Assembly (NCBI GenBank): GCA_053919585.1 | Contig: CM132820.1 | Length of the DNA stretch: 63,872 nucleotides | From: Euprymna scolopes | Lineage: Eukaryota | Direction: 5' to 3' (one strand) | Part shown: in pieces, positions 35,501 to 50,500 of the stretch | Position numbering within the stretch: the stretch's first letter is position 1 | How the letters are laid out: every line of letters starts with the position of its first letter | Notes under the pieces: model-generated | The model's database searches: none | Told to the model about the DNA's origin: nothing | What the model saw: only the letters and a program-made list of their open reading frames with translations | Program-made: the position numbers and the translations under genes

Positions 35501-38500
35501 TTTGAAATTGCGTACCAATTAGTATGTAATGCATAGTTTGAAATTGCGTACCAATTAGTATGTAATGCATAGTGGGAATTGCGTACCAATGAGTATGTAA
35601 TGCATAGTTTGAAATTGCGTACCAATTAGTATGTAATGCATAGTTTGAAATTACGTACCAATTAGTATGTAATGCATAGTTTGAAATTGCGTACCAATTA
35701 GTATGTAATGCATAGTTTGAAATTGCGTACCAATTAGTATGTAATGCATAGTTTGAAATTGCGTACCAATTAGTATGTAATGCATAGTTGGAAATTGCGT
35801 ACCAATTAGTATGTAATGCATAGTTTGAAATTGCGTACCAATTAGTATGTAATGCATAGTGTGAAATAGCGTACCAATTAGTATGTAATGCATAGTTTGA
35901 AATAGCGTACCAATTAGTATGTATTGCATAGTTTGAAATTGCGTACCAATTAGTATGTAAAGCATAGTTTGAAATTGCGTACCAATTAGTATGTAATGCA
36001 TAGTTTGAAATTGCGTACCAATTAGTATGTTATGCATAGTTTGAAATAGCGTACCAATAAGTATGTAATTCATAGTTTGAAATTGCGTACCAATTAGTAT
36101 GTAATGCATAGTTTGAAATTGCGTACCAATTAGTATGTAATGCATAGTTTGAAATTGCGTACCAATTAGTATGTAATGCATAGTTTGAAATTGCGTACCA
36201 ATTAGTATGTAATGCATAGTTTTAAATTGCGTACCAATTAGTATGTAATGCATAGTGGAAATTGCGTACCAATTAGTATGTAATTCATAGTTTGTAAATA
36301 GCGTACCAATTAGTATGTAATGCATAGTTTGAAATTGCGTACCAATTAGTATGTAATGCATAGTTTGAAATTGCGTACCAATGAGTATGTAATGCATAGT
36401 TTTAAATTGCGTACCAATTAGTATGTAATGCATAGTTTGAAATTGCGTACCAATTAGTATGTAATGCATAGTGTGAAATTGCGTACCAATTAGTATGTAA
36501 TGCATAGTTTGAAATAGCGTACCAATTAGTATGTAATGCATAGTTTGAAATTGCGTACCAATTAGTATGTAATGCATAGTTTGAAATTGCGTACCAATTA
36601 GTATGTAATGCATTGTTTGAAATTGCGTACCAATTAGTATGTAATGCATAGTTTGCAATAGCGTACCAATTAGTATGTAATGCATAGTTTGAAATTGCGT
36701 ACCAATTAGTATGTAATGCATACTTTGTAAATTGCGTACCAATTAGTATGTAATGCATAGTGTGAAATAGCGTACCAATTAGTATGTAATGCATAGTTTG
36801 AAATAGCGTACCAATTAGTATGTAATGCATAGTTTTAAATTGCGTACCAATTAGTATGTAATGCATAGTTTTAAATTGCGTACCAATTAGTATGTAATGC
36901 ATAGTTTGAAATTGCGTACCAATTAGTATGTAATGCATAGTTTGAAATTGCGTACCAATTAGTATGTAATGCATAGTTTTAAATTGCGTACCAATTAATA
37001 TGTAATGCATAGTTTGAAATTGCGTACCAATTAGTATGTAATGCATAGTTTGAAATTGCGTACCAATTAGTATGTAATGCATAGTTTGAAATTGCGTACC
37101 AATTAGTATGTAATGCATAGTGTGAAATAGCGTACCAATTAGTATGTAATGCATAGTTTGAAATAGCGTACCAATAAGTATGTAATTCATAGTTTGAAAT
37201 TGCGTACCAATTAGTATGTAATGCATAGTTTGAAATTGCGTACCAATTAGTATGTAATGCATAGTTTGAAATTGCGTACCAATTAGTACGTAATGCATAG
37301 TTTGAAATTGCGTACCAATTAGTATGTAATGCATAGTTTGAAATTGCGTACCAATTAGTATGTAATGCATTGTTTAAACTTGCGTACCAATTAGTATGTA
37401 ATGCATAGTTTGTAAATTGCGTACCAAGTAGTATGTAATGCATAGTTTGAAATTGCGTACCAATTAGTATGTAATGCATAGTTTGAAATTGCGTACCAAT
37501 AAGTATGTAATTCATAGTTTGAAATTGCATACCAATTAGTATGTAATGCATAGTTTGAAATTGCGTACCAATTAGTATGTAATGCATAGTTTGAAATTGC
37601 GTACCAATTAGTATGTAATGCATAGTTTGTAAATTGCGTACCAATTAGTATGTAATGCATAGTGTGAAATAGTGTACCAATTAGTATGTAATGCATAGTT
37701 TGAAATAGCGTACCAATTAGTATGTATTGCATAGTTTGAAATTGCGTACCAATTAGTATGTAAAGCATAGTTTGAAATTGCGTACCAATTAGTATGTAAT
37801 GCATAGTTTGAAATTGCGTACCAATTAGTATGTAATGCATAGTTTGAAATAGCGTACCAATAAGTATGTAATTCATAGTTTGAAATTGCGTACCAATTAG
37901 TATGTAATGCATAGTTTGAAATTGCGTACCAATTAGTATGTAATGCATAGTTTGAAATTGCGTACCAATTAGTATGTAATGCATAGTTTGAAATTGCGTA
38001 CCAATTAGTATGTAATGCATAGTTTGTAAATTGCGTACCAATTAGTATGTAATGCATAGTTTGAAATAGCGTACCAATTAGTATGTAATGCATAGTTTGA
38101 AATTGCGTACCAATGAGTATGTAATGCATAGTTTTAAATTGCGTACCAATTAGTATGTAATGCATAGTTTGAAATTGCGTACCAATTAGTATGTAATGCA
38201 TAGTTTTAAATTGCGTACCAATTAGTATGTAATGCATAGTTTGAAATAGCGTACCAATTAGTATGTAATGCATAGTTTGAAATTGCGTACCAATTAGTAT
38301 GTAATGCATAGTTTGAAATTGCGTACCAATTAGTATGTAATGCATAGTTTGAAATTGCGTACCAATTAGTATGTAATGCATAGTTTGAAATTGCGTACCA
38401 ATTAGTATGTAATGCATAGTTTGAAATTGCGTACCAATTAGTATGTAATGCATACTTTGTAAATTGCGTACCAATTAGTATGTAATGCATAGTGTGAAAT

Positions 38501-41500
38501 AGCGTACCAATTAGTATGTAATGCATAGTTTGAAATAGCGTACCAATTAGTATGTAATGCATAGTTTGAAATTGCGTACCAATTAGTATGTAATGCATAG
38601 TTTTAAATTGCGTACCAATTAGTATGTAATGCATAGTTTGAAATTGCGTACCAATTAGTATGTAATGCATAGTTTGAAATTGCGTACCAATTAGTATGTA
38701 ATGCATAGTTTTAAATTGCGTACTAATTAATATGTAATGCATAGTTTGAAATTGCGTACCAATTAGTATGTAATGCATAGTTTGAAATTGCGTACCAATT
38801 AGTATGTAATGCATAGTTTGAAATTGCGTACCAATTAGTATGTAATGCATAGTGTGAAATAGCGTACCAATTAGTATGTAATGCATAGTTTGAAATAGCG
38901 TACCAATAAGTATGTAATTCATAGTTTGAAATTGCGTACCAATTAGTATGTAATGCATAGTTTGAAATTGCGTACCAATTAGTATGTAATGCATAGTTTG
39001 AAATTGCGTACCAATTAGTATGTAATGCATAGTTTGAAATTGCGTACCAATTAGTATGTAATGCATAGTTTGAAATAACGTACCAATTAGAATGTAATGC
39101 ATTGTTTGAACTTGCGTACCAATTAGTATGTAATGCATAGTTTGTAAATTGCGTACCAATTAGTATGTAATGCATAGTTTGAAATTGCGTACCAATCAGT
39201 ATGTAATGCATAGTTTGAAATTGCGTACCAATGAGTATGTAATGCATAGTTTGAACTTGCGTACCAATTAGTATGTAATGCATAGTTGAAATTGCGTACC
39301 AATTAATATGTAATGCATAGTTTGAAATTGCGTACCAATTAGTATGTAATGCATAGTTTGAAATTGCGTACCAATTAGTATGTAATGCATAGTTTGAAAT
39401 TGCGTACCAATTAGTATGTAATGCATAGTGTGAAAAAGCGTACCAATTAGTATGTAATGCATAGTTTTAAATAGCGTACCAATAAGTATGTAATTCATAG
39501 TTTGAACTTGCGTACCAATTAGTATGTAATGCATAGTTTGAAATTGCGTACCAATTAGTATGTAATGCATAGTTTGAAATTGCGTACCAATTAGTATGTA
39601 ATGCATAGTTTGTAAATTGCGTACCAATTAGTATGTAATGCATAGTTTGAAATTGCGTACCAATTAGTATGTAATGCATACTTTGAAATTGCGTACCAAT
39701 GAGTATGTAATGCATAGTTTGAACTTGCGTACCAATTAGTATGTAATGCATAGTTTGAAATTGCGTACCAATTAATATGTAATGCATAGTTTGAAATTGC
39801 GTACCAATTAGTATGTAATGCATAGTTTGAAATTGCGTACCAATTAGTATGTAATGCATAGTTTGAAATTGCGTACCAATTAGTATGTAATGCATAGTGT
39901 GAAATAGCGTACCAATTAGTATGTAATGCATAGTTTGAAATAGCGTACCAATAAGTATGTAATTCATAGTTTGAAATTGCGTACCAATTAGTATGTAATG
40001 CATAGTTTGAAATTGCGTACCAATTAGTATGTAATGCATAGTTTGAAATTGCGTACCAATTAGTATGTAATGCATAGTTTTAAATTGCGTACCAATTAGT
40101 ATGTAATGCATAGTTTGAAATTGCGTACCAATTAGTATGTAATGCATAGTTTGAAATTGCGTACCAATTAGTATGTAATGCATAGTTTGTAAATTGCGTA
40201 CCAATTAGTATGTAATGCATAGTTTGAAATTGCGTACCAATTAGTATGTAATGCATAGTTTGAAATTGCGTACCAATGAGTATGTAATGCATAGTTTGAA
40301 ATTGCGTACCAATTAGTATGTAATGCATAGTTTGAAATTGCGTACCAATTAGTATGTAATGCATAGTTTGAAATTGCGTACCAATTAGTATGTAATGTAT
40401 AGTTTGAAATTGCGTACCAATTAGTATGTAATGCATAATTTGAAATAGCGTACCAATTAGTATGTAATGCATAGTTTGAAATTGCGTACCAATTAGTATG
40501 TAATGCATAGTTTGAAATTGCGTACCAATTAGTATGTAATGCATAGTTTGAAATTGCGTACCAATTAGTATGTAATGCATAGTTTGAAATTGCGTACCAA
40601 TTAGTATGTAATGCATAGTTTGAAATTGCGTACCAATTAGTATGTAATGCATAGTTTGAAATAGCGTACCAATTAGTATGTAATGCATAGTTTGAAATTG
40701 CATACCAATTAGCATGTAATGCATAGTTTGAAATTGCGTACCAATTAGTATGTAATGCATAGTTTGAAATTGCGTACCAATTAGTATGTAATGCATAGTT
40801 TGAAATTGCGTACCAATTAGTATGTAATGCATAGTTTGAAATTGCGTAGCAATTGGTATGTAATGCATAGTTTGAAATTGCGTACCAATTAGTATGTAAT
40901 GCATAGTTTGAAATTGCGTACCAATTAGTATGTAATGTATAGTTTTAAATTGCGTACCAATTAGTATGTAATGCATAGTTTGAAATAGCGTACCAATTAG
41001 TACGTAATGCATAGTTTGAAATTGCGTACCAATTAGTATGTAATGCATAGTTTGAAATTGCGTACCAATTAGTATGTAATGCATAGTTTGAAATTGCGTA
41101 CCAATTAGTATGTAATGCATAGTTTGAAATTGCGTACCAATTAGTATGTAATGCATAGTTTGAAATTGCGTACCAATTAGTATGTAATGCGAAGTTTGAA
41201 ATTGCGTACCAATTAGTATGTAATGCATAGTGTGAAATAGCGTACCAATTAGCATGTAATGCATAGTTTGAAATAGCGTACCAATTAGTATGTAATGCAT
41301 AGTTTGAAATTGCATACCAATTAGTATGTAATGCATAGTTTGAAATTGCATACCAATTAGCATGTAATGCATAGTGTTAAATAGCGTACCAATTAGTATG
41401 TAATGCATAGTTTGAAATTGCATACCAATTAGTATGTAATGCATAGTTTGAAATTGCGTACCAATTAGTATGTAATGCATAGTTTGAAATTGCGTACCAA

Positions 41501-44500
41501 TTAGTATGTAATGCATAGTTTGAAATTGCGTACCAATTAGTATGTAATGCATAGTTTGCAATAGCGTACCAATTAGTATGTAATGCATAGTTCGAAATTG
41601 CGTACCAATTAGTATGTAATGCATAGTTTGAAATTGCGTACCAATTAGTATGTAATGCATAGTTTTAAATTGCGTACCAATTAGTATGTAATGCATAGTG
41701 GGAATTGCGTACCAATTAGTATGTAATGCATAGTTTGAAATTGCGTACCAATTAGTATGTAATGCATAGTTTGAAATTACGTACCAATTAGTATGTAATG
41801 CATAGTTTGAAATTGCGTACCAATTAGTATGTAATGCATAGTTTTAAATTGCGTACCAATTAGTATGTAATGCATAGTTTGAAATTGCGTACCAATTAGT
41901 ATGTAATGCATAGTTTGAAATTGCGTACCAATTAGTATGTAATGCATAGTTTGAAATTGCGTACCAATTAGTATGTAATGCATAGTGTGAAATAGCGTAC
42001 CAATTAGTATGTAATGCTTAGTTTGAAATAGCGTACCAATTAGTATGTATTGCATAGTTTGAAATTGCGTACCAATTAGTATGTAATGCATAGTTTGAAA
42101 TTGCGTACCAATTAGTATGTAATGAATAGTTTGAAATTGCGTACGAATTAGTATGTAATGCATAGTTTGAAATTGCGTACCAATTAGTATGTAATGCATA
42201 GTTATAAATTGCGTACCAATTAGTATGTAATGCATAGTTTGAAATTGCGTACCAATTAGTATGTAATGCATAGTTTGAAATTGCGTACCAATTAGTATGT
42301 AATGCATAGTTTGAAATTGCGTACCAATTAGTATGTAATGCATAGTTTGAAATTGCGTACCAATTAGTATGTAATGCATAGTTTGAAATTGCGTACCAAT
42401 TAGTATGTAATGTATAGTTTTAAATTGCGTACCAATTAGTATGTAATGCATAGTTTGAAATAGCGTACCAATTAGTACGTAATGCATAGTTTGAAATTGC
42501 GTACCAATTAGTATGTAATGCATAGTTTGAAATTGCGTACCAATTAGTATGTAATGCATAGTTTGAAATTGCGTACCAATTAGTATGTAATGCATAGTTT
42601 GAAATTGCGTACCAATTAGTATGTAATGCATAGTTTGAAATTGCGTACCAATTAGTATGTAATGCGAAGTTTGAAATTGCGTACCAATTAGTATGTAATG
42701 CATAGTGTGAAATAGCGTACCAATTAGCATGTAATGCATAGTTTGAAATAGCGTACCAATTAGTATGTAATGCATAGTTTGAAATTGCATACCAATTAGT
42801 ATGTAATGCATAGTTTGAAATTGCATACCAATTAGCATGTAATGCATAGTGTTAAATAGCGTACCAATTAGTATGTAATGCATAGTTTGAAATTGCATAC
42901 CAATTAGTATGTAATGCATAGTTTGAAATTGCGTACCAATTAGTATGTAATGCATAGTTTGAAATTGCGTACCAATTAGTATGTAATGCATAGTTTGAAA
43001 TTGCGTACCAATTAGTATGTAATGCATAGTTTGCAATAGCGTACCAATTAGTATGTAATGCATAGTTCGAAATTGCGTACCAATTAGTATGTAATGCATA
43101 GTTTGAAATTGCGTACCAATTAGTATGTAATGCATAGTTTTAAATTGCGTACCAATTAGTATGTAATGCATAGTGGGAATTGCGTACCAATTAGTATGTA
43201 ATGCATAGTTTGAAATTGCGTACCAATTAGTATGTAATGCATAGTTTGAAATTACGTACCAATTAGTATGTAATGCATAGTTTGAAATTGCGTACCAATT
43301 AGTATGTAATGCATAGTTTGAAATTGCGTACCAATTAGTATGTAATGCATAGTTTGAAATTGCGTACCAATTAGTATGTAATGCATAGTTTGAAATTGCG
43401 TACCAATTAGTATGTAATGCATAGTTTGAAATTGCGTACCAATTAGTATGTAATGCATAGTGTGAAATAGCGTACCAATTAGTATGTAATGCTTAGTTTG
43501 AAATAGCGTACCAATTAGTATGTATTGCATAGTTTGAAATTGCGTACCAATTAGTATGTAATGCATAGTTTGAAATTGCGTACCAATTAGTATGTAATGA
43601 ATAGTTTGAAATTGCGTACGAATTAGTATGTAATGCATAGTTTGAAATTGCGTACCAATTAGTATGTAATGCATAGTTATAAATTGCGTACCAATTAGTA
43701 TGTAATGCATAGTTTGAAATTGCGTACCAATTAGTATGTAATGCATAGTTTGAAATTGCGTACCAATTAGTATGTAATGCATAGTTTGAAATTGCGTACC
43801 AATTAGTATGTAATGCATAGTTTGAAATTGCGTACCAATTAGTATGTAATGCATAGTTTGAAATTGCGTACCAATTAGTATGCAATGCATAGTTTGAAAT
43901 TGCGTACCAATTAGTATGTAATGCATAGTTTGAAATTGCGTACCAATTAGTATGTAATGCATAGTGTGAAATTGCGTACCAATGAGTATGTAATGCATAG
44001 TTTGAAATTGCGTACCAATTAGTATGTAATGCATAGTTTGAAATTGCGTACAAATTAGTATGTAATGCATGGTTTGAAATTGCGTACCAATTAGTATGTA
44101 ATGCATAGTTTGAAATTGCGTACGAATTTGTATGTAATGCATAGTTTGAAATTGCGTACCAATTAGTATGTAATGCATAGTTTGAAATTGCGTACCAATT
44201 AGTATGTACTGCATAGTTTGAAATTGCGTACCAATTAGTATGTAATGCATAGTGTGAAATAGCGTACCAATTAGTATGTAATGCATAGTTTGAAATAGCG
44301 TACCAATTAGTATGTAATGCATAGTTTTAAATTGCGTACCAATTAGTATGTATTGCATAGTTTGAAATTGCGTACCAATTAGTATGTAATGCATAGTTTG
44401 AAATTGCGTACCAATTAGTATGTAATGCATAGTGTGAAATAGCGTACCAATTAGTATGTAATGCATAGTTTTAAATTGCGTACCAATTAGTATGTAATGC

Positions 44501-47500
44501 ATAGTGTTAAATAGCGTACCAATTAGTATGTAATGCATAGTTTGAAATAGCGTACCAATTAGTATGTAATGCATAGTTTGAAATAGCGTACCAATAATAT
44601 GTAATGCATAGTTTGAAATTGCGTACCAATTAGTATGTAATGCATAGTTTGAAATAGCGTACCAATTAGTATGTAATGCATAGTTTGAAATTGCGTACCA
44701 ATTAGTATGTAATGCATAGTTTTAAGTTGCGTACCAATTAGTATGTAATGCATAGTTTGAAATTGCGTACCAATTAGTATGTAATGCATAGTTTGAAATT
44801 GCGTACCAATTAGTATGTAATGCATAGTTTGCAATAGCGTACCAATTAGTATGTAATGCATAGTGTGAAATTGCGTACCAATTAGTATGTAATGCATAGT
44901 TTGAAAAAGCGTACCAATTAGTATGTAATGCATAGTTTGAAATTGCGTACCAATTAGTATGTAATGCATAGTGGGAATTGCGTACCAATGAGTATGTAAT
45001 GCATAGTTTGAAATTGCGTACCAATTAGTATGTAATGCATAGTTTGAAATTACGTACCAATTAGTATGTAATGCATAGTTTGAAATTGCGTACCAATTAG
45101 TATGTAATGCATAGTTTGAAATTGCGTACCAATTAGTATGTACTGCATAGTTTGAAATTGCGTACCAATTAGTATGTAATGCATAGTTTGAAATTGCGTA
45201 CCAATTAGTATGTAATGCATAGTTTGAAATTGCGTACCAATTAGTATGTAATGCATAGTTTGAAATTGCGTACCAATTAGTATGCAATGCATAGTTTGAA
45301 ATTGCGTACCAATTAGTATGTAATGCATAGTTTGAAATAGCGTACCAATAAGTATGTAATTCATAGTTTGAAATTGCGTACCAATTAGTATGTAATGCAT
45401 AGTTTGAAATTGCGTACCAATTAGTATGTAATGCATAGTTTGAAATTGCGTACCAATTAGTATGTAATGCATAGTTTGAAATTGCGTACAAATTAGTATG
45501 TAATGCATAGTTTGAAATTGCGTACAATTAGTATGTAATGCATAGTTTGAAATTGCGTACCAATTAGTATGTAATGCATAGTTTGAAATTGCGTACCAAT
45601 TAGTATGTAATGCATAGTTTGAAATTGCGTACCAATTAGTATGTAATGCATAGTTTGAAATTGCGTACCAATTAGTATGTAATGCATAGTTTGAAATTGC
45701 GTACCAATTAGTATGTAATGCATAGTTTGAAATTGCGTACCAATTAGTATGTAATGCATAGTTTGAAATTGCGTACCAATTAGTATGTAATGCATAGTTT
45801 GAAATAGCGTACCAATTAGTATGTAATGCATAGTTTGAAATTGCGTACCAATTAGTATGTAATGCATAGTTTGAAATTGCGTACCAATTAGTATGTAATG
45901 CATAGTTTGAAATTGCGTACCAATTAGTATGTAATGCATAGTTTGAAATTGCGTACCAATTAGTATGTAATGCATAGTTTGAACTTGCGTACCAATTAGT
46001 ATGTAATGCATAGTTTGAAATTGCGTACCAATTAGTATGTAATGCATAGTTTGAAATTGCGTACCAATTAGTATGTAATGCATAGTTTGAAAGAGCGTAC
46101 CAATTAGTATGTAATGCATAGTTTGAAATTGCGTACCAATTAGTATGTAATGCATAGTTTGAAATTGCGTACCAATTAGTATGTAATGCATAGTTTGAAA
46201 TTGCGTACCAATTAGTATGTAATGCACGGTTGTAAATAGCGTACCAATTAGTATGTAATGCATAGTTTGAAATTGCGTACCAATTAGTATGTAATGCATA
46301 GTTTGAAATTGCGTACCAATTAGTATGTAATGCATAGTTTGAAATTGCGTACCAATTAGTATGTAATGCATAGTTTGAAATTGCGTACCAATTAGTATGT
46401 AATGCATAGTTTGAAAAAGCGTACCAATTAGTATGTAATGCATAGTTTGAAATTGCGTACCAATTAGTATGTAATGCATAGTGGGCATTGCGTACCAATG
46501 AGTATGTAATGCATAGTTTGAAATTGCGTACCAATTAGTATGTAATGCATAGTTTGAAATTACGTACCAATTAGTATGTAATGCATAGTTTGAAATTGCG
46601 TACCAATTAGTATGTAATGCATAGTTTGAAATTGCGTACCAATTAGTATGTACTGCATAGTTTGAAATTGCGTACCAATTAGTATGTAATGCATAGTTTG
46701 AAATTGCGTACCAATTAGTATGTAATGCATAGTTTGAAATTGCGTACCAATTAGTATGTAATGCATAGTTTGAAATTGCGTACCAATTAGTATGCAATGC
46801 ATAGTTTGAAATTGCGTACCAATTAGTATGTAATGCATAGTTTGAAATAGCGTACCAATAAGTATGTAATTCATAGTTTGAAATTGCGTACCAATTAGTA
46901 TGTAATGCATAGTTTGAAATTGCGTACCAATTAGTATGTAATGCATAGTTTGAAATTGCGTACCAATTAGTATGTAATGCATAGTTTGAAATTGCGTACA
47001 AATTAGTATGTAATGCATAGTTTGAAATTGCGTACAATTAGTATGTAATGCATAGTTTGAAATTGCGTACCAATTAGTATGTAATGCATAGTTTGAAATT
47101 GCGTACCAATTAGTATGTAATGCATAGTTTGAAATTGCGTACCAATTAGTATGTAATGCATAGTTTGAAATTGCGTACCAATTAGTATGTAATGCATAGT
47201 TTGAAATTGCGTACCAATTAGTATGTAATGCATAGTTTGAAATTGCGTACCAATTAGTATGTAATGCATAGTTTGAAATTGCGTACCAATTAGTATGTAA
47301 TGCATAGTTTGAAATAGCGTACCAATTAGTATGTAATGCATAGTTTGAAATTGCGTACCAATTAGTATGTAATGCATAGTTTGAAATTGCGTACCAATTA
47401 GTATGTAATGCATAGTTTGAAATTGCGTACCAATTAGTATGTAATGCATAGTTTGAAATTGCGTACCAATTAGTATGTAATGCATAGTTTGAACTTGCGT

Positions 47501-50500
47501 ACCAATTAGTATGTAATGCATAGTTTGAAATTGCGTACCAATTAGTATGTAATGCATAGTTTGAAATTGCGTACCAATTAGTATGTAATGCATAGTTTGA
47601 AAGAGCGTACCAATTAGTATGTAATGCATAGTTTGAAATTGCGTACCAATTAGTATGTAATGCATAGTTTGAAATAGCGTACCAATTTGTATGTAATGCA
47701 TAGTTTGAAATTGCGTACCAATTAGTATGTAATGCATAGTTTGAAATTGCGTACCAATTAGTATGTAATGCATAGTGTGAAATTGCGTACCAATTATTAT
47801 GTAATGCATAGTTTGAAATTGCGTACACATTAGTATGTAATGCATAGTTTGAAATTGCGTACCAATTAGTATGTAATGCATAGTTTGAAATTGCGTACCA
47901 ATTAGTATGTAATGCATAGTTTGAAATTGCGTACCAATTAGTATGTAATGCATAGTTTGAACTTGCGTACCAATTAGTATGTAATGCATAGTTTGAAATT
48001 GCGTACCAATTAGTATGTAATGCATAGTTTGAAATTGCGTACCAATTAGTATGTAATGCATAGTTTGAAAGAGCGTACCAATTAGTATGTAATGCATAGT
48101 TTGAAATTGCGTACCAATTAGTATGTAATGCATAGTTTGAAATTGCGTACCAATTAGTATGTAATGCATAGTTTGAAATTGCGTACCAATTAGTATGTAA
48201 TGCACGGTTGTAAATAGCGTACCAATTAGTATGTAATGCATAGTTTGAAATTGCGTACCAATTAGTATGTAATGCATAGTTTGAAATTGCGTACCAATTA
48301 GTATGTAATGCATAGTTTGAAATTGCGTACCAATTAGTATGTAATGCATAGTTTGAAATTGCGTACCAATTAGTATGTAATGCATAGTTTGAAAAAGCGT
48401 ACCAATTAGTATGTAATGCATAGTTTGAAATTGCGTACCAATTAGTATGTAATGCATAGTGGGCATTGCGTACCAATGAGTATGTAATGCATAGTTTGAA
48501 ATTGCGTACCAATTAGTATGTAATGCATAGTTTGAAATTACGTACCAATTAGTATGTAATGCATAGTTTGAAATTGCGTACCAATTAGTATGTAATGCAT
48601 AGTTTGAAATTGCGTACCAATTAGTATGTACTGCATAGTTTGAAATTGCGTACCAATTAGTATGTAATGCATAGTTTGAAATTGCGTACCAATTAGTATG
48701 TAATGCATAGTTTGAAATTGCGTACCAATTAGTATGTAATGCATAGTTTGAAATTGCGTACCAATTAGTATGCAATGCATAGTTTGAAATTGCGTACCAA
48801 TTAGTATGTAATGCATAGTTTGAAATAGCGTACCAATAAGTATGTAATTCATAGTTTGAAATTGCGTACCAATTAGTATGTAATGCATAGTTTGAAATTG
48901 CGTACCAATTAGTATGTAATGCATAGTTTGAAATTGCGTACCAATTAGTATGTAATGCATAGTTTGAAATTGCGTACAAATTAGTATGTAATGCATAGTT
49001 TGAAATTGCGTACAATTAGTATGTAATGCATAGTTTGAAATTGCGTACCAATTAGTATGTAATGCATAGTTTGAAATTGCGTACCAATTAGTATGTAATG
49101 CATAGTTTGAAATTGCGTACCAATTAGTATGTAATGCATAGTTTGAAATTGCGTACCAATTAGTATGTAATGCATAGTTTGAAATTGCGTACCAATTAGT
49201 ATGTAATGCATAGTTTGAAATTGCGTACCAATTAGTATGTAATGCATAGTTTGAAATAGCGTACCAATTAGTATGTAATGCATAGTTTGAAATTGCGTAC
49301 CAATTAGTATGTAATGCATAGTTTGAAATTGCGTACCAATTAGTATGTAATGCATAGTTTGAAATTGCGTACCAATTAGTATGTAATGCATAGTTTGAAA
49401 TTGCGTACCAATTAGTATGTAATGCATAGTTTGAACTTGCGTACCAATTAGTATGTAATGCATAGTTTGAAATTGCGTACCAATTAGTATGTAATGCATA
49501 GTTTGAAATTGCGTACCAATTAGTATGTAATGCATAGTTTGAAAGAGCGTACCAATTAGTATGTAATGCATAGTTTGAAATTGCGTACCAATTAGTATGT
49601 AATGCATAGTTTGAAATTGCGTACCAATTAGTATGTAATGCATAGTTTGAAATTGCGTACCAATTAGTATGTAATGCACGGTTGTAAATAGCGTACCAAT
49701 TAGTATGTAATGCATAGTTTGAAATTGCGTAGCAATTAGTATGTAATGCATAGTTTGAACTTGCGTACCAATTAGTATGTAATGCATAGTTTGAAATTGC
49801 GTACCAATTAGTATGTAATGCATAGTTTGAAATTGCGTACCAATTAGTATGTAATGCATAGTGTGAAATTGCGTACCAATTAGTATGTAATGCATAGTTT
49901 TAAATTGCGTACCAATTAGTATGTAATGCATAGTTTTAAATTGCGTACCAATTAGTATGTAATGCATAGTTTGAAATTGCGTACCAATTAGTATGTAATG
50001 CATAGTTTGAAATTGCGTACCAATTAGTATGTAATGCATAGTTTGAAATTGCGTACCAATTAGTATGTAATGCATAGTTTGAAATTGCGTACCAATTAGT
50101 ATGTAATGCATAGTTTGAAATTGCGTACCAATTAGTATGTAATGCATAGTTTGAAATAGCGTACCAATTAGTATGTAATGCATAGTTTGAAATTGCGTAC
50201 CAATTAGTATGTAATGCATAGTTTGAAATAGCGTACCAATTAGTATGTAATGCATAGTTTGAAATTGCGTACCAATTAGTATGTAATGCATAGTTTGAAA
50301 TTGCGTACCAATTAGTATGTAATGCATAGTTTGAAATTGCGTACCAATTATTATGTAATGCATAGTGTGAAATTGCGTACACATTAGTATGTAATGCATA
50401 GTTTGAAATTGCGTACCAATTAGTATGTAATGCATAGTTTGAAATTGCGTACCAATTAGTATGTAATGCATAGTTTGAAATTGCGTACCAATTAGTATGC